From NCBI GenBank assembly GCA_053919585.1, contig CM132791.1: DNA of 64,000 bases. One strand, written 5' to 3'. Source of the DNA: Euprymna scolopes (Eukaryota). The notes under the pieces were generated by a model, which made no database searches, was not told where the DNA came from, and saw only the letters and a list, made by a program, of their open reading frames with translations. This document shows positions 1-13,229 of the stretch, one piece after another; positions within the stretch are counted from its first letter, which is position 1; each line of letters starts with the position of its first letter. The position numbers and the translations under genes were made by a program.

Positions 1-1912
1 CGCACAAGGTGAAAGCTTTATATGTCTCCCCATATTGACTGAGTTAACAATACATTATACTGCTGATGTTATAAAACTATTTTTACATAATGGCTCGAAT
101 TAAAGTTTAAAATCGAAAACTCAAGTATCGTGGTTCAATTGTGCTCCAAACAGAAACATTCATTTTGAACGCTCTCCCATCTTATCAAAGAATCTACTGC
201 TGATTTTATACGCCGGACATTTGGTTGTTCGGTGAGAAAACCTCTCAACTACTCTTCTGATATTAAGCCGTAAAAGAATGGTTATTTGGACGAAATGGAA
301 CTGTTTCTTATTTAATCGGAATTTTTTCGAATATCGATTTTTGATAGTTATCGAAGGCATTCCTATACAAAACATAACTAAGAACACTCCCAGACACATA
401 AAGTATATTAGTGTGGAATTTAAACAATCGGCTCAGCTGTTTCCACTACATAGGGAACTTTCTCTCTAAAAAGCTCACACAGACACACATAAAGTTCCTT
501 TTATATACAAATAGTTATGAAAATATTTCTATGGAAATAATTTTTATCATTTACTACCCAACTCTACTCATGTATTGATCACTTGTGAAGTAAGTACTGA
601 AAATTAATTCATAAAATATTGTATCTACTCATTATATTTTATGCGGATACATGAAATAATAAAATTATTTATCNNNNNNNNNNNNNNNNNNNNNNNNNNN
701 NNNNNNNNNNNNNNNNNNNNNNNNNNNNNNNNNNNNNNNNNNNNNNNNNNNNNNNNNNNNNNNNNNNNNNNNNNNNNNNNNNNNNNNNNNNNNNNNNNNN
801 NNNNNNNNNNNTGGAAAACATGTGCATATTATTCATGCATTTATTATGCCAACAAAGGAATTTCGTAAAATCATATAAGAAACCCTAATCACTAAAGTAC
901 TCGAATTCAATTGCAGATTTAACTGGAAAAATAATAAGAAATAACTAAAAGTACATTAACATATATTGCTTCCACTACAATATAATGTCACTAGTTTCAC
1001 TGATGGGACACNNNNNNNNNNNNNNNNNNNNNNNNNNNNNNNNNNNNNNNNNNNNNNNNNNNNNNNNNNNNNNNNNNNNNNNNNNNNNNNNNNNNNNNNN
1101 NNNNNNNNNNNNNNNNNNNNNNNNNNNNNNNNNNNNNNNNNNNNNNNNNNACGAAGAAAGACACAGTCAAATAGACAGACAGAGACAGACAGATGGGATG
1201 ATTCACGGATAAATAATTACATACATAGAGACAGAAAAGAAAAATGGAAAAAAGGAGACACGAAAACGACAAATCAGTTTCAGCACGTGATTTTTATGTG
1301 TTTGTGTTTGTGTGAATGTCTTTATTTTTGTGTGCATAAGTTTTTTTTTCAGCGTGTTTATATGTGTGTGTGTGTGTTTTTGTGAGTTGTTGTGTGTGTA
1401 TGTGCGTGTGTGTGTGTGTTTATCCAGGCATCAGTAATTTTCTGAACGTGTCTATAAAAGAAAACTGTATACAATAACGAGCAAGTGAAAATTCTGGGGT
1501 TGACCCCTTTTGTATTATTGGCCTTGTCGCCATGTGTCAGTACTGGACAAGAGCATATATGTACTTTTGTAGCCGTCTTTCCCCCTCTGACCGTTCTATG
1601 CGTTACCAACGTTTCGAGTTTGTTGGCCGATGGTCATCAATAAACGGAGACCCGATTCGTTCAGGGGCGCCACTTGTCAATTCGAAATAATGTTTTGGAA
1701 GCATTCGCAATATATGCCGACAGGTAAAGCAGTGTTTCATCACCTTGTGCCAACCGCAAACGACTTATTCGATTCGCTTTTATTTTCCCTTGTCATTCGC
1801 TCTTCTCTTTTACCGTGCATTCGTATTAGATGTTTGACGTTTTTTTGATAAAACCGATTCTCATCCATAACTATCCTCTCCCCTTCTTCTTCTTCTTCTT
1901 CTTCTTCTTCTT

Positions 1913-1944
<32 letters not shown>

Positions 1945-2017
1945 CTCTAATTATTTTTCTCTTTTTCCCCATCTTTTCTTTATTTATATCTTGCTTTTTT
2001 CATTTTAGATGTTGTTT

Positions 2018-2073
<56 letters not shown>

Positions 2074-2471
2074 GTGTGAATTCCATGATTAATCAATAAA
2101 ACTATTTTTACTTTGTATTATTTTTGCGTTATTAATACATTAGCAAAATAAAATAAAAAAAATTTTCTGTAAAAAAACAAACAAAAAAAAGGGGTGGGAG
2201 ATGAAAATAGAGATTTTGTTCTCATGACTGCTTAGAGCGCCCTTTTTTTGTCTTAATAGAGATAGTATACAAAACCGAGTTCGAAATCTAGTGGACGATG
2301 TCCTATTGCCTTCCCTATTATTTCTTTCTTGCAGAAGAAGGTTTGTTTGTTTTTCTCAACTCTATCGTTATTTTCGTCGTAAATACTCAACTGATGTCCA
2401 ATTTACGCATTCCCGCATGAAGGATTCATAACAAAACCTCGTCCAGCTACGACGACTGCCAATAATTTTCC

Positions 2472-2514
<43 letters not shown>

Positions 2515-2618
2515 CGGGATTTCCAAGAACTACTCGTTTGTAGAAAACAACAAGATTCAGTATATTTTTATTAACAACAAACACTCGCACACACATACAC
2601 ACACACACACATACATAT

Positions 2619-3059
2619 ATCTATAAAAATGAAAATGTGTGTGTGTGAGGACATTTACCAACTTACATAATCAACGAATTTTTGATCTACAAATTGAAAT
2701 TTGGTATATAGGGTATTCAGACATGTGGAAAACTTTTTTAATTTAAGGGTTGCTAAGGAGTCAAAATTGAAAAATTAGTACTTGAGGTTATCGAATTTTT
2801 ATGTCAACTCTTTCACAAGGTTTGAAAACACTTTTGAAAAATCATGCTAACCTGGTACAATGGTTATCGTACTTTATGCACTGTCTTTAAGTTTTCGTTT
2901 CGATCTCAGCTCGAGTATTTTATTTTTATTTTTACTTACAAGAAGTGAAAAAAAAAATCCATAATATTCGCATGCATATAACTAATTTTTTTTTTTCGTT
3001 TTTTTTTTACTTAATTTTTTAAAATGGATTTTAACGTTACATTTAATACCGGGCAACGC
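2619..3059 (+). mobile_element. Putative non-autonomous Helitron-like element
   Basis: Starts TCTATAAAAATGAAAATGTGTGTG (5' TC plus a short microsatellite) and ends ACCGGGCAACGC running into a masked N-run, resembling the GC-rich 3' hairpin of non-autonomous Helitrons. The CTAG end is not visible. Confidence 0.4.
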
Positions 3060-3202
3060 NNNNNNNNNNNNNNNNNNNNNNNNNNNNNNNNNNNNNNNNN
3101 NNNNNNNNNNNNNNNNNNNNNNNNNNNNNNNNNNNNNNNNNNNNNNNNNNNNNNNNNNNNNNNNNNNNNNNNNNNNNNNNNNNNNNNNNNNAGCATACTG
3201 GG

Positions 3203-3424
3203 AAGTGATATACAAATTACCGTTAGCGTAAACAAATTGATCTTAGGTATTTGGACAATGTCAAAACATTGTTAATTCACTGCTCACATAGCAGCAGCTG
3301 AATAGTGTAACGGTTAGAAACTCCGACTGTCATATGGGCGGTCGAGTTTCGATCCTAGCTTGAGGTAGTTGCTTGTATAGCCGCACTGATGATCTGTGAA
3401 ATAGCAAAACGGTACTGTGTGTAA
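3203..3424 (+). mobile_element. tRNA(Asp)-like/hammerhead-containing repeat, copy 1
   Basis: Homologous to the reverse complement of 63164-63386. Contains an A-box-like TAGTGTAACGG, a CTGTCAT anticodon-like loop and a B-box-like GTTTCGATCC (~3297-3367), followed by an HHR-like core at 3381-3424. Confidence 0.75.
3381..3424 (+). ncRNA. Degenerate type I hammerhead ribozyme motif
   Basis: CCGCA-CTGATGA-TCTG tgaaa TAGC-AAAAC-GGTACT-GTG-TGTAA. The core CTGATGA is intact, stem III is near-palindromic (CGGTACTG), and GAAA, the cleavage triplet and stem I are mutated. Confidence 0.6.
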
Positions 3425-4300
3425 ATGACTATATGCGGAGGTCAGAAAGTTCATTTGAAAATCCCAACAGTAAAATAAAAACGTCACTTTCAGTATACTA
3501 TAAAGAACTCGCTAGAAAAAATCTAACACTAACCCAACTATGAGATATCCTGAAAAAAAGCAAAAAAAATTGTTTCTTCCTAACCCTCCTATGTTACTTA
3601 TGTCGTAGGAAAAAAATTTCAGTTACTCAATAAAAGACAAGAATCCATAATTAAACTAGAACTATAAATAACCTACATATTATATAAAAAAAACATACAC
3701 CTAACACACCCATTTAGTTAAATATTTCAATCGATTTCTTCAACCTCTGATAAGTAAATAGGCACATAACGTTTGCCTACTCAAACCAAGCCAACCTAAT
3801 TACTAAAACACACTCAATAAAATATCTGCCCAAACTTTGATGTATCTTCTTGTCGTACCATTATAAAACATTGAATAACCCCATTTTCTTTTTTCTTTTT
3901 TTTTTCAGATATCGGTATATGGATCTCAAGGGATCTTCTCCCCTAGCATATATATGAATCTCAAGGGATCTCTCCTAGCATACATTGGGATAATACTTAA
4001 CTACCTAACAATATATATAAATGAATTAATAATACTTAACTACCTAAATATCCATAACAATATGATTTAATGAATTAATCTCTAAAATAAATATATAGAA
4101 TTGTTTGTACAAAAATGGCATGCATGTATAAAAGTAAATTAGGTTCTACAAAAAACAGTATAGTATTTTATTTCGATACGTCTATCCAAGTGATTTTAAG
4201 TAGGATTTTGGGAATTTTGGAAAACCGCTGGAAAACGATCTAAGTTAGAATCTCCTCCTTTTATAAAAAATACATAAATAAATAAATAAAAATTTAAAGC

Positions 4301-4351
<51 letters not shown>

Positions 4352-5138
4352 AAACAGAAAGCTAAAATAAATACTATCTGGTAAATTTGTTAAATGTATA
4401 AATTCATTAGGATACAAATTAAATATTTAATAAAAATACAACTTCAAATAAGAATATAACTAGAAAAAGTATATAAAATTGGAGATTAATTTTTCGCCAC
4501 CAAAAGTAAATTTAATCTTAAAAAGTTGTCGTAAGATTCTAAACACACACACAAAAAAAAACTGAACGAGTTTCCTCGAATCAGAGACAAACAGATCGAC
4601 CATGACCCAAATTTGGTGAACTGTTCTTAACTGATAATTGCACCTCACCCCCCACCATTTACCTAATTTCCAATCGTCTTAAATATTGTTTTCCGACCTT
4701 CCCACCCTCTTTATCATTTATATTCATTTGTATCGCTTCTCTCTTACTTTTCCTTTCTTCTTCTCTCTCTAACTGGCTAAACGAGCCCTTCCTAAAACTT
4801 TCCTCGCTCACACTCTTTCTCTCACTCCCTTTAACCTAATTAAGTAACCTAATTGAGCATATCTCTGACAGCATGCATCTTCCCCACCAACAAATTTTTT
4901 AACTCCCCTTCTTCACGGAAAACAGCCGTAAAAGTTATGCTTTTCGACTTCATATCATTAGATTTTTAAACCGTGCTACACGTTAGACATGACAAAATAT
5001 TTCCTCCTCTAAAATTCCAAAATGTTTTACAATTTCTTTTTTAAATTCTCAATTTTTCTCTTGGCTGATGAAATATTAATTTCGAAACATCTGCATATCG
5101 TAGCAAAACATTACTATTTTTGCATAAATAAAATAATT

Positions 5139-5176
<38 letters not shown>

Positions 5177-5421
5177 ACGACGTATCCCAATCCTACTGTG
5201 GATGGTAGAGATGGGTGACGTAACGAAATATATAAAAAAATAAAGTTTCCCGGGTTCCTTGATAATGCGTTAAGGGAATGGGACAACCGCCCCGAAGACA
5301 ACAATTGAATCCTTTTTGGCGCGAAAAAAAAATGATACAGTGAATAAAATAAACTGAAAATATATCTCCTCTCGGCTAAAAATCAATAAAATAATTTATT
5401 ATACATTTTAATAAATGTATC

Positions 5422-5477
<56 letters not shown>

Positions 5478-6544
5478 TATTATATATTTGCTCATTTCAA
5501 AACCATTTATATTTCATAATGTCGAAATGAAACGGATACCTGTTTATGCGTAGTGAATATGCACGACTGTAAAGCAAGGAAATATCACAAAAAACATTAA
5601 CTGTATTATGATGTCGCGCCAGATTTAACGAAAATCGCAAATCTTAGCTGATGATTGTTCATTGAAAGCAATGAGATATGAAAGCAGTGGCCAGCAGGAA
5701 AAATAATGTCAAGCATTCTGACGAAATTTGCTGACAAGCTTGGCAATATCCAGGCAATGCGGACCTTAACGAGAGAAATTGGCGTTAGTGTTGGAGTGTG
5801 ATATGAACTGGAGAATTGTGATGGAGACGTGGAAGTAGTTATTAGAAAGGAATATCAAATCTAGCATTCTGGCTGCGTCTGCACAATGAAATATGCCAGT
5901 AGGCATTGAAACAAATACTGACCAACATTCTTTATTGTAAACATCTTGCACATGCAATGTGTGTGTGATAGTGCTATGCTATTTTTACATATAGGATAGA
6001 TAAACATTATCCACGTTACAAGATCGCTGGTAAAATAAGTTTAGTTCTAGTGTTCTCGTGTACATTTACACAAACATGAAAAAAAGAAAAAAAAAAGAAA
6101 TTCTCCCCCCAATATAAAAGCCGGGGGACACAGAAAAAGATATAAGCGTCACAATCAGCAGAGACTCCTTTGAGACTCCTTTGAGACTCGCTCGGAATTT
6201 AGCGAATGTTGGTCTTTCTTATCTCACATAACAGAATATAATACGGATAATACAAGTAAATAAATATGACCAGCACAAATTAGAATAGTTATGGAGTTTG
6301 CTTAATAAACACCATACGAACGGGATCCTTCACAAATGAAACATAATTCCGAAGTTATGCAATCCTCCTACCAAAAAGAAAGAAACAAACAAACAAAAAA
6401 ACTCTATAACAATAGAATATATAATGCAAGTCAATTTTGTTTTACATTTTACTTAAAAAAAAAAACATTCAATAATCGACTGATCTATGTAGAAAAATAG
6501 AAATACGTCAAGTAAACCACTGCGCAAACCTGAAATTATACGTA

Positions 6545-9040
6545 ATGATATCCGGAACAGAAACGAAATTAATTATATCCCCAAACAAAAACACGATCAA
6601 ACCAGACAACCCCCCAAACAAAACTAATCCGTCTCCCTCCTTACAGCTAGCATTCCCAAATATCCGTGAGCTTAAAAGTGATTTAGATGATGTAGAATTG
6701 TTCTCCTATCGAACGGATATCTTTACATTAACTGAAAATAACCTACATCCCACAATCCTCTCTAACTGCTTTAGCATGAGAAGATACTTCCTCTCTGCCG
6801 TGAGGATTCAGACGGATATAAGCATTCACTCGGGGTCTATATTCGTAGTACTTTTTTCTTGACTAGAAAGCAAACTCTAGCATAAGATGATCCGGCATTT
6901 CAAGATTGCATCAGTTACTTATATTTACTCAATAGTTCTTCCCCGAATCAAGACAGTAACCTAATCGAGCAGGTAGGTTTAGGGTTCTCTGACAGTATAC
7001 ATGCAGCACTCTCCTTAGATACACACGCTTAAGTGTAAGTATGTTTGGTGACTTTAATGTCCAACATAGTTATTGGCTTAGCTTCTCGGGTTACACAGAG
7101 TCAGTTAGACGCTGTACTTACAGTTTCTCTAGATCTTATTCCCTTACACAGGCAGTTCTTGTCCCGATCTGCCTCAAAGATCGTGAAGATAAGCAAACCT
7201 TATTTCTTGACCTATTCCTAACCACAGTACTCGAGGATTGTGAGAAAAATACCTACTTTCTGATATCAGTAGAAATCACCCTTAAATTCCGACACCAAGT
7301 TGAGGAGCCATTGCTAAAAACAAAGTACTGCAATAAGCTATCAGAGAAAACAGATAAATATGTCTCATGGACCAATACCTTTTCCCTTCCTGCTGAACAG
7401 TGTGTCAATAAGACAACTAGATGGTGTAAAACAGGCATTGAAGCATATGTTCCCACACGGATGTATTATAGTAAACCGCACTCTCTTGAATGGTTCATTT
7501 AAAATTGTGTAGCTGGCATTACACAAGGACGACACACATTTCACCGGTACGTATGTCATAAATCAAGTACAAATAGGCAAAAATATATTCATGTTAGAAA
7601 TCATTCTAAGAGTGAAATACCCACAGCAAAAGAAAAAAAAGCATGGCGAAATAACCAGAAAACGCGTAGAGTCGCAGAAGATAGAAACGAACTCCTTATT
7701 TTTGAAAATTTATAATAGTGTAGCAACCAGTAATTTGTCCACTATCCAATAACCAGAAGGTTGCTTGTATGACAACCGAGAAGGCTGAACTGCTTACCCA
7801 ACGATTCGCCTCAAACTTTATCTACCTTCCAAATCTCCTTATGTAGACTTAAAATCACCCCTTCTAATTTACGTGATATCATAAAAAACTTAAACACCTT
7901 CAAGGCGTGTGCACCTGATTTCATTCCTGCTATACTAATTAAGAAATGCTCAGCTGAGTAAGCACTTCTTTGTTTCAAACTCTACAACAAAAACTTTGCT
8001 AAATCTTGCTTTCCGAATAGCTGAACGATTGCCTCTGTTGTATCAATGTACAAGAATTCTGGTGACAGACCGGATACTATATTCAAAGCCTTTGATAAAA
8101 TCTGGTATGAAAGGGCTTCTAATGAAAATTAAATCATACGTTATTACTGGACGAATGCTAAATATATTTAAATCTTTCTTAGACAAAAGGAAAATCCAGG
8201 TTTTCTTTGTTGAACGTACATCATAGCAGCATAAACATTAATGCGGGATTGCCTCAAAAGTCGATACTTGGAAATCTATTATTCCAGATACATTTCTGAT
8301 TACATTGTGTCTGAGATGGATATATTTGCCGATAATAGAACGCTCTATAATAAGCATGAGGGGAAAACAGATATACACATATAAGTCAATGATTACCCTT
8401 AGAAAACGAAGTCCAGTCAGTAGTAAAAAGGGGCCGTAAATGGATGTTATGTTACTAACACAAAGTTTCTTTTCGTTAACAATTACAGGAAGCCTTCTCA
8501 ACCACCGATAGCTATAACGAATCACATCCTGCCTGAGAACTCTTTCTTCAACTCTTCCGCTTAACATTCACAGCGAAAATGAACTAAACAAAAATGTATT
8601 GAGGATATTGAAAACGCTGCTGCAAAAAAAAAAAAAGGTGGGACCCCTCTATCATGCTAGAAAACTACCAACACATGACAGTATACTGTACCCCTACAAA
8701 GCCAGTATTTGTCCAGTATTAGAGTATAATTGACATATCTGGGTTGATACATCTACCACTAGTCTCTCCCTCTTGGACAAGGCCCTCAAAAAGAAACTCA
8801 AATCTAATAGGTCTCGCACTGTCACCTAAGCTCCAACCCCTGTCTCATCGCATTCGTTCTCGTTTAGAAATAAAAGCCCACCCCTTCACTGTAAAGTCTC
8901 TAGATGCCGGAAGACATTTTACTCTCTTAGGTTCTTCTCTCGGACTGCTAGACATTAGATTTCCCTTCTTTTTATATCCTCTCCTAACTGTTCTGATATG
9001 CAGGTTTAAAAGTAATCGACATCTCGCTCATCTTTTCTAA
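6545..9040 (+). mobile_element. Degenerate non-LTR retrotransposon (APE + RT relic, CR1/L2-group-like)
   Basis: APE motifs FGDFNVQHSYWL and LFLDLFLTT (7041-7502). Frameshifted RT remnants (PDFIPAILIKKC, KAFDKIWY), YKASICPVLEYN*HIW and LSPKLQPLSHR, matching the C-terminus at 23718-24308. Confidence 0.85.
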
Positions 9041-10356
9041 ACGTGTTCCCAATATGTCATGCTTAAAGTGAACATGACTAAAAAAAATAAACAAACAAAA
9101 AAGCAAAAAAAAAAAACAAAAAAAAAAAACAAATCAATAACAACAGTAAACATAATAATAATAAAAAATAAAAACGAAAGCACTTGATGCATCAAGCTAA
9201 ATGTGGGGAGAAATTCTACAATTCTTTTTAATGGTAAGCAATTTTCACAGGAACACCGGCCAATTAAAATCACCGATTTTATCGTGCACGTTCAAATCAC
9301 TTCCTTCCTATTCATCTTTATCAATTAATAGATGTGCCCTCCAATAAGGTTAAACATATTTCTATTTCTCGATTCATATAATGTTTAGTATGTGTGTATG
9401 TGAAAATAATTATACGAAGAAAATTCACTCCTAAACTAATTAGCTGATCAGTATGGTGATTGAAACAAAGCTGCTAGACGTATAGATTCACAATGTATAG
9501 TATGTTTAGCTTTAGTTTAACGTAAAGGCAATAATTGGGTAAGTCTCGTTCATCAAAATTCAGATACACCCGGTTTGGATGAGATTCTAACAATAAGTGC
9601 TTAGACATAAATTAATAAATATGCCTTAATTTTTAATTACTTGTTCAATATTTTAAAGTGTTTTTGGGGACATGATATGGATGCCATCTTCATTTTAAAA
9701 TTTAAATATTTCAGAGGTGTATCAATATTTATTCGAAGTCATGAAACTTCAACTATGCAAGATTCCTTGAATTTCAATTTCTTTTTAATACCTCTTGAGC
9801 TTCAACGTTCAATTTTAGACATTTTCTTGAATCAAAATGATGTAATTGATTTTGATCAACAATTAAAAACTAGACAAGATTTAATATGATAAAATCATGA
9901 TGAAAAAAAAAACTATTTTCATAATTTTACCTGTTTTAAAAGATGCTTACTTCGTTATTTCTTAATCATTTTTTCGACTCGGCGATTAAGTTGCCGAGTC
10001 TTCTTTTTTCCATCTCCCTCTTTCTTTCTCTCTCCCCCTCTCTCTTTCTTTCTCTCTCTCTCTCTGTATATATATATATATATATGTGTGTGTGTGCGTG
10101 TGTGTTTTATGTATATCATTTATAAAGTAACATAATACGTATAATACAAACACACTCACCCCCCCCCACACACACATATATATATATATATTCAGAATGT
10201 ACCTCAACAATGCCAAATACGTGGAATGATTTAAGCAGTACTATGAAATATACTTATGGAAAGCAAACTACACAGAAACGCCTGATAGCCTTCAATAAGA
10301 ATGAAACACAAACGTTTCTTTGATTGGTACTTGCTAGAAATATATTTTAATGTTAC

Positions 10357-10401
<45 letters not shown>

Positions 10402-10427
10402 ATTTACTATGATAATTATTAAATATC

Positions 10428-10469
10428 TACAGGCACTAGTGTTTCATCCTTTCGGGAATTATCAGTGCA
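10428..10469 (-). ncRNA. Degenerate minimal type I hammerhead ribozyme motif
   Basis: Minus strand TGCA-CTGATAA-TTCC cgaaa GGAT-GAAAC-ACTAGT-GCC-TGTA. Stem I TGCA/TGTA, stem II TCC/GGA, palindromic stem III CACTAGTG, two core substitutions; lies ~30 nt from a (TA)n tract. Confidence 0.6.
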
Positions 10470-11070
10470 AGGTTTCACGATTAACCCGGGTCGATAGCTA
10501 AAATTTAGTATGGATGCTAGTTATGATAAAGTGCAGCGAAATATTATAGTATCCGTATGTTGCACAGTTAGAAATGAAAAGGGATTAGTATGTAATACAA
10601 AAATGAGCACAATTTCAACCATATTTAGCTACCAATTTTGCATAAAGTCATAATATAAGTACGATCTTTAATTTGTGTCCGTTTTTAACAGCCCAAGCCA
10701 CTCTGGTATTTATACATGCACATATATATTACTAATTGAGATTGTGGTATGTATATGCCTGAAGCGGAAACTATAATATTCTAGTAATTAATGTTGAACT
10801 ATTGAACTCTCCGTTAATTATGAGGTAATTGTGTAGTGTAGTTTCTGTTTTGTCATGAAATCATTCTTCCCTGTTGCCGATGGTAACGTACGTTGAAAAA
10901 AAATGTTACAGCCTTGCAAAGTTCGAAACCAGAGTCCCAGAGTCAGCAACCTGAAGCTCTATCAAATAAATGCTAGTATGCAGCGCGTTTTTGTTAATGT
11001 CATTTTTTTTTCTTTGGTATAGTTTTGGAACGAATTCAATTATTTATGCGAAGGAGGATTTTTATATATA

Positions 11071-12150
11071 CGAGGGTCGTTCCAAAAGTAAGGTCTTCTA
11101 TTTTTAACTCCAAATTGAAACGTTTAAGAACTACGAATATAGGAGTGGTACCATTAAAATAAGCGACCTTTTGTTTTCCAGAATTTATATTTCTACATAG
11201 ACACCACTATTTTCAATACACTTTCGCCATCCTTTTTGGATGAGTCGGTCGTTAAAGTCCTTATCGCGTTTTGGCAGTCTCGTATTGGTCGCCATTCTAA
11301 AATCGACGAACTCATCTCTTAACTGTGCTGACATTAACTGTATCGACTTCGCAAATGTTCAACAGACGTCGATGAATGTTGATTGGTTCAATATTTTTTC
11401 ATGTTGTGTTGTTGAATGTAAATATCATTTTCTAGCTGCACTTCAGATGCTTGCTGAAATTATATATATACACACTGACAGTTTTTTTGTCACTATTCTT
11501 AAAATCAACACAGAAGCGAATTTATCAAAGTATGTTTTATTTACAATTTAGCTTTTTGTTCAGTGAGAGAGAGAGAGAGAGAGTGAGAGAGAGAGAGAGA
11601 GTTACAGAGAAAGTGAGAGAGAAAGCGAGGCGTTTAGTTTAGGGTTGGTTGGTGTGTGGCTCGCCGACGGAGAAGTGTCAAGATGTCAATCACATTCGCC
11701 TCTGTCAGTCTGTTCTCTTCCGTTTTCTGTTGTTAATTTTTTTTATATAATCATAAATCGACATTCCTGGAATTGTACACACCAAGATACATATTCTCCT
11801 GTTCTATTTTGCATTGCGCAATTTATAAATTATGATCTTGGAATCTAAACAGTTATTTTTTTTTTCAAGAAAAGTACAATGCCGATCATTTTTATAGGAC
11901 ACAAAAGTGTAGATCAACTTTATCTGGAATATAAGTGTGTGCAGACCTCTGTTTTCAAATGTGTGTCGCTACATCTTTACATTCAACAACCGATCTATAA
12001 CATAGTCTGACACAGTGAATATAGACAACAAAGAGATGGAACTTTCAGGTCATGAATCATAAATTTAGTTATCATAAGACTGTAATTTGCAATACCCTCT
12101 GATCAATTAGAGCGGAATGAAAAATAGGAGGCATTACTTTCGGAACGACC

Positions 12151-12154
<4 letters not shown>
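11071..12154 (-). mobile_element. Internally deleted mariner element
   Basis: TIRs CGAGGGTCGTTCCAAAAGTAAGGTCTTCTATTTT / AAAATAGGAGGCATTACTTTCGGAACGACCCTCA with TA flanks. Minus-strand remnants NIEPINIHRRLLNI..DTVNVSTVKR (HTH region) and WRKCIENSGVYVEI* (mariner C-terminus). Confidence 0.85.
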
Positions 12155-12189
<35 letters not shown>

Positions 12190-12202
<13 letters not shown>

Positions 12203-12644
12203 ATGTGTTTGTAATCTAAATCTTAAAAAACCCACTGAAGCGACATTTTGCGATAGCGTTTTTATTTAATCCAAGCATGTTTTTATATGTTTAAAATAAA
12301 AAAATATTACAATATAACAACAAAAAAAAAAACTTTTTTTCGACAGCGCTTCTTTTCGGCAACAGTCGACCATTTTGAAACGCCGAAAATAACGATTGTG
12401 ACTTTAACTGTGCGTAAAAAATATTTTACCAATCGTTACAAGAATAAAACAGAAATTGTTACGGTAAGTCGTTACTTTTTAATTTTGTTACATTTTTATT
12501 TATTTTTTCTGGTGATTTTATTATATGTACATGTTTTCTTCAGTATTTTCCTTGAGAAGCGTAGCTACGCTTTGATAATCGGCGACGCTCGGCGAAATCA
12601 GCAGTTTATGTCATGTTTCAAGAAAAGCCGAGCGGCGAGTTAGT
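12190..12644 (+). mobile_element. Possible non-autonomous Helitron-like element
   Basis: Begins at a (TA)n tract and ends with GC-rich GCCGAGCGGC followed by TTAG|T, loosely like a Helitron 3' end. Confidence 0.3.
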
Positions 12645-13229
12645 TACGTCTGCTTCAAATTCTGCACAAGTACTGGTCGTTTTTTTTAGGTGTGGAAGAT
12701 TCAACTCACGAAAAAGTTATTCTCTGGATAATAAAAAAAAAATTGCCTTAGTCTAGAAGAATTTCTCCTCCACCGATCGAGGAAAAAACGGTGAAGTGTA
12801 GTTAACCCTCTCTCTCCCTCCCTTTCTCTTTCTCTCTCTATATCTCTCTGTCCACCCATCTCTCCCCCACTCTCTCTCTCTTTCTCTCTCTATCACCCTT
12901 TCCATCTCTCTTTGAGCGCTTTTTCTCTCTCATTCCCTTTATATCTATATCCCTCTCTTTCTTTCTTTCTCTTATTCTGTCTCTCCCCCGTCTGTCTCTT
13001 ACTCTCCCCCTCTCTCGTGTATGCCCGTACATGCTTGTTTAACAGAAATATGATGTGAACACAAATCTTTATGATGCGTCAGATAGAGACTCAATTAATC
13101 TCTTTTTACTTTCCTCTGTTTCTCTATTTCCCTCTCTATTTCTCTTTTTCTATCTCCATCTCTATATCTTCCTCTTTATCTATCTATCTCTAACCGCTCA
13201 ACCTATTTTAGTCAACTAAATTAAGTACG

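Noticed and set aside
3297-3367. Functional tRNA-Asp gene
   Set aside because: The acceptor and T stems do not pair properly, and it is embedded in a dispersed repeat.
3520-4850. Telomeric (TTAGG/TTAGGG)-like motifs
   Set aside because: Only scattered TAACCT-like words, with no tandem array.
5648-5690. CTGATGA...GAAA hammerhead candidate
   Set aside because: No convincing stem I, stem III or NUH in register.
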